From Wolbachia endosymbiont strain TRS of Brugia malayi (lineage in GTDB: Bacteria; Pseudomonadota; Alphaproteobacteria; Rickettsiales; Anaplasmataceae): a DNA stretch of 32,000 bases. Below the pieces are notes generated by a model, which worked only from the letters and a program-made list of their open reading frames with translations, did no database searches and was not told where the DNA came from. The position numbers and the translations under genes were made by a program. The DNA lies in the NCBI RefSeq assembly GCF_000008385.1, contig NC_006833.1, forward strand, positions 780,001 through 812,000, in the 5' to 3' direction. How positions within the stretch are numbered: the stretch's first letter is position 1; every line of letters starts with the position of its first letter. Shown here in pieces: positions 29,815-32,000 of this stretch.

Positions 29815-31212
29815 TTATAAACTTTTAGTTACTAAATGAATTAGTGAATATAAATCCTCTACGCACATAAAAAGAACAATATTAATTAATGAAGCCACTG
29901 AAGTAACAATAAATAGACTCTTAGAATAAATAACTTTACTGTCACTAGGCTTATCGAAATACATAGCTTTTATGATACTTAAATAGTAGTAACATGATAT
30001 AACACTTGCTACTATGAAAATCAAAGACATACCAATAAAGCCGGAATTCACCAAGCTTTTAAATATAAAAAGTTTAGCAAAAAAACCTGCAAGTGGAGGT
30101 ATTCCCGCCATCGAAAATAATAGTATAGAAAGATGAAATGCCAAAACCGGACGCTTTTTTCCTATGCCAGATAAATTTGCAACACTGCAATCGTCATCAT
30201 CAATTTGTATGAAATATGAGAACAATCCTATATTTGTAATGATATATATAACCAAATATATCAAGGAACTATCTGTCCCCATTCGTGTAAAGATAGAAAG
30301 TGAAGCAAGTATAAAGCCAATATGACCAATTGAACTGTAAGCTAGAAGCCTCTTTAGATTCCTTTGGCGTAAAGCTCCAAAAGCTGAAATAAGTACGGAT
30401 AGTGCTGAAATGTATAAAAGAACAGGTTGAAAATACTTTTCTACACCTACTAACTCCTCACCCATAAAAAATCGAATTAAAAACGTCACAAGTGCAGCTT
30501 TTGGAACTGTAGAAAAAAATGCAGTTACTATAGTTGGTGCACCTTGATAGACATCTGGAGCCCACATATGAAAAGGAGCAATAGCAAGCTTGAAACATAA
30601 ACCAATAAGGATAAGTACTAACCCAAAAACTATTCCATAAGTCATCTGATGATTTTCCAAAAATGAACTTAACTCAGAAAAATTGACCAGTCCCGTATAT
30701 CCATAAAGTAGCGACATTCCATACAGCATGATGCAGGAAGATAACGCACTGAGTGTAAAATATTTTACTCCTGCCTCACATGAATAAACTGAATCCTTAT
30801 TAAAGCTTGCAAGAACATATAAAGGTATACTCATCAACTCAAAAGATAAATAAAAAGAAATTAAATTATTTGCTGAAACCAGAGTTATCATGCCAAACAG
30901 CGTAAAAAGAATTAGTATTGAAAATTCATACTCATAGTCATACTTTGATAAATTTAGCAGTAAAAGTACTAAAATTCCCGCAATAAGGATCAATCCCTGG
31001 GCTGACCTAATGTATAGATCGAGTTTCAACAATGAATTAAAGGGAAAAAACCCACTATCTTTCGCTGACAGAATTAAAATAATTAAAGTGATCACTGTGC
31101 AGCCAAGCGCCAATAAGTTAATAGTGCGGCGGTTAAATACAATTCCAAGCAGCAGCAATACTAACGAGGAAATAATAGAAAAAGTTTCCGGTAATATCTG
31201 TATGTAGCTCAT
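29815..31212 (-). CDS. nuoN: NADH-quinone oxidoreductase subunit N
   Basis: KLAIAPFHMWAPDVYQGAPTIVTAFFSTVPKAA and LLAYSSIGHIGF antiporter-like motifs. Confidence 0.96.
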   Translation of the reverse strand: MSYIQILPETFSIISSLVLLLLGIVFNRRTINLLALGCTVITLIILILSAKDSGFFPFNSLLKLDLYIRSAQGLILIAGILVLLLLNLSKYDYEYEFSILILFTLFGMITLVSANNLISFYLSFELMSIPLYVLASFNKDSVYSCEAGVKYFTLSALSSCIMLYGMSLLYGYTGLVNFSELSSFLENHQMTYGIVFGLVLILIGLCFKLAIAPFHMWAPDVYQGAPTIVTAFFSTVPKAALVTFLIRFFMGEELVGVEKYFQPVLLYISALSVLISAFGALRQRNLKRLLAYSSIGHIGFILASLSIFTRMGTDSSLIYLVIYIITNIGLFSYFIQIDDDDCSVANLSGIGKKRPVLAFHLSILLFSMAGIPPLAGFFAKLFIFKSLVNSGFIGMSLIFIVASVISCYYYLSIIKAMYFDKPSDSKVIYSKSLFIVTSVASLINIVLFMCVEDLYSLIHLVTKSL

Positions 31213-32000
31213 AGGGCATTATACTTGACTAACAAATTTACCATGTATGGCTTTAAATAATTCAGTGCAAGAGTTGGGTAGAATCCAAGCAAAATAACAA
31301 GCACTGCAAGCAGAACTAAGATAAAAAATTCTATCCTATCCAAGCGGTTATTTAACAATTTAGAATAGCTAACTCCCCATATTGTTTGCTTACATAAATT
31401 CAGCATATAAACTGCGCTCAAAACAGTGCCAAGTGCGATGAACCCTGTAAAAAACCCTATACTCTTAAATATCCCAACCATAGCCAAAAATTCACCTATA
31501 AACCCAGACGTTCCAGGTAGCCCTACCGAAGACATTGAAAATAGAATAAACATAAAACCAAATTTTGGCATTGTATTTACTATGCCGAAATACTTCGAAA
31601 TCTTCAAAGTTCCAGTTCGAGTATATAGCATTCCAACGCACAAAAATAAAGCAGAAGAAATAAGCCCATGACTGATCATTTGAAATATAGCACCAAGCAC
31701 TCCCTCTTCACAAAATGAAAAGAGGCCAGCAGTAACGATTCCCATATGTGCTATTGAAGAATAAGCTATTAATTTCTTTATATCATCCTGAGCAAATGCA
31801 ACTAGTGAAGCATATATTACTGCAATCGCGCTTAACACAATAATGAAATTTGCAAAGTGGAAACTTGCCTGAGGAAGCATTGGAATCGAGAATCTTAAAA
31901 ATCCGTATCCCCCCATTTTAATAAGCAACCCAGCCAAAACCACAGATCCAGAAGTTGGCGATTGCACATGTGCATCAGGAAGCCAAGTATGAAATGGAAC
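31209..32000 (-). CDS. nuoM: NADH-quinone oxidoreductase subunit M, partial (5' part beyond window end)
   Basis: VPFHTWLPDAHVQSPTSGSVVLAGLLIKMGGYG, KKLIAYSSIAHMG, FMLFSMSSVGLPGTSGFIGEF. The reading frame stays open to 32000. Confidence 0.95.
   Translation of the reverse strand, partial: VPFHTWLPDAHVQSPTSGSVVLAGLLIKMGGYGFLRFSIPMLPQASFHFANFIIVLSAIAVIYASLVAFAQDDIKKLIAYSSIAHMGIVTAGLFSFCEEGVLGAIFQMISHGLISSALFLCVGMLYTRTGTLKISKYFGIVNTMPKFGFMFILFSMSSVGLPGTSGFIGEFLAMVGIFKSIGFFTGFIALGTVLSAVYMLNLCKQTIWGVSYSKLLNNRLDRIEFFILVLLAVLVILLGFYPTLALNYLKPYMVNLLVKYNAL

Noticed and set aside
1-32000. CRISPR array, toxin-antitoxin, restriction or other defence system
   Set aside because: No regularly spaced repeats, cas-like, methyltransferase or nuclease-effector ORFs were seen. 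Dispersed repeats are single palindromic units inside genes.

Overview
This window reads as a stretch of a Wolbachia-type (Rickettsiales, alphaproteobacterial endosymbiont) chromosome. That assignment rests on protein families and gene context, not on a database search. Intact housekeeping genes: RNase P RNA, ctrA-like regulator, gpsA, pgpA, a GNAT protein, a PAS-only protein, sdhB, ybeY, ftsZ, leuS, an M23 peptidase, two tRNAs, trxA, a ribonuclease D-like nuclease, mnmG, an Xaa-Pro aminopeptidase, fabH-plsX-rpmF, mlaE/mlaF-like ABC genes, ccmE, birA and nuoN-nuoM. Decayed loci lie between them: a Ser/Thr-rich membrane protein, an EVE-domain gene, comM, an outer-membrane protein and a TPR protein. 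The most interesting signal is a family of short palindromic-type elements inserted in frame in essential genes: two in leuS in opposite orientation, one complex insertion in mnmG, and one in the biotin ligase gene, with a possible half copy upstream of ybeY. I saw no CRISPR array, defence island, prophage module or biosynthetic cluster, and nothing that convincingly supports a new multi-gene system.
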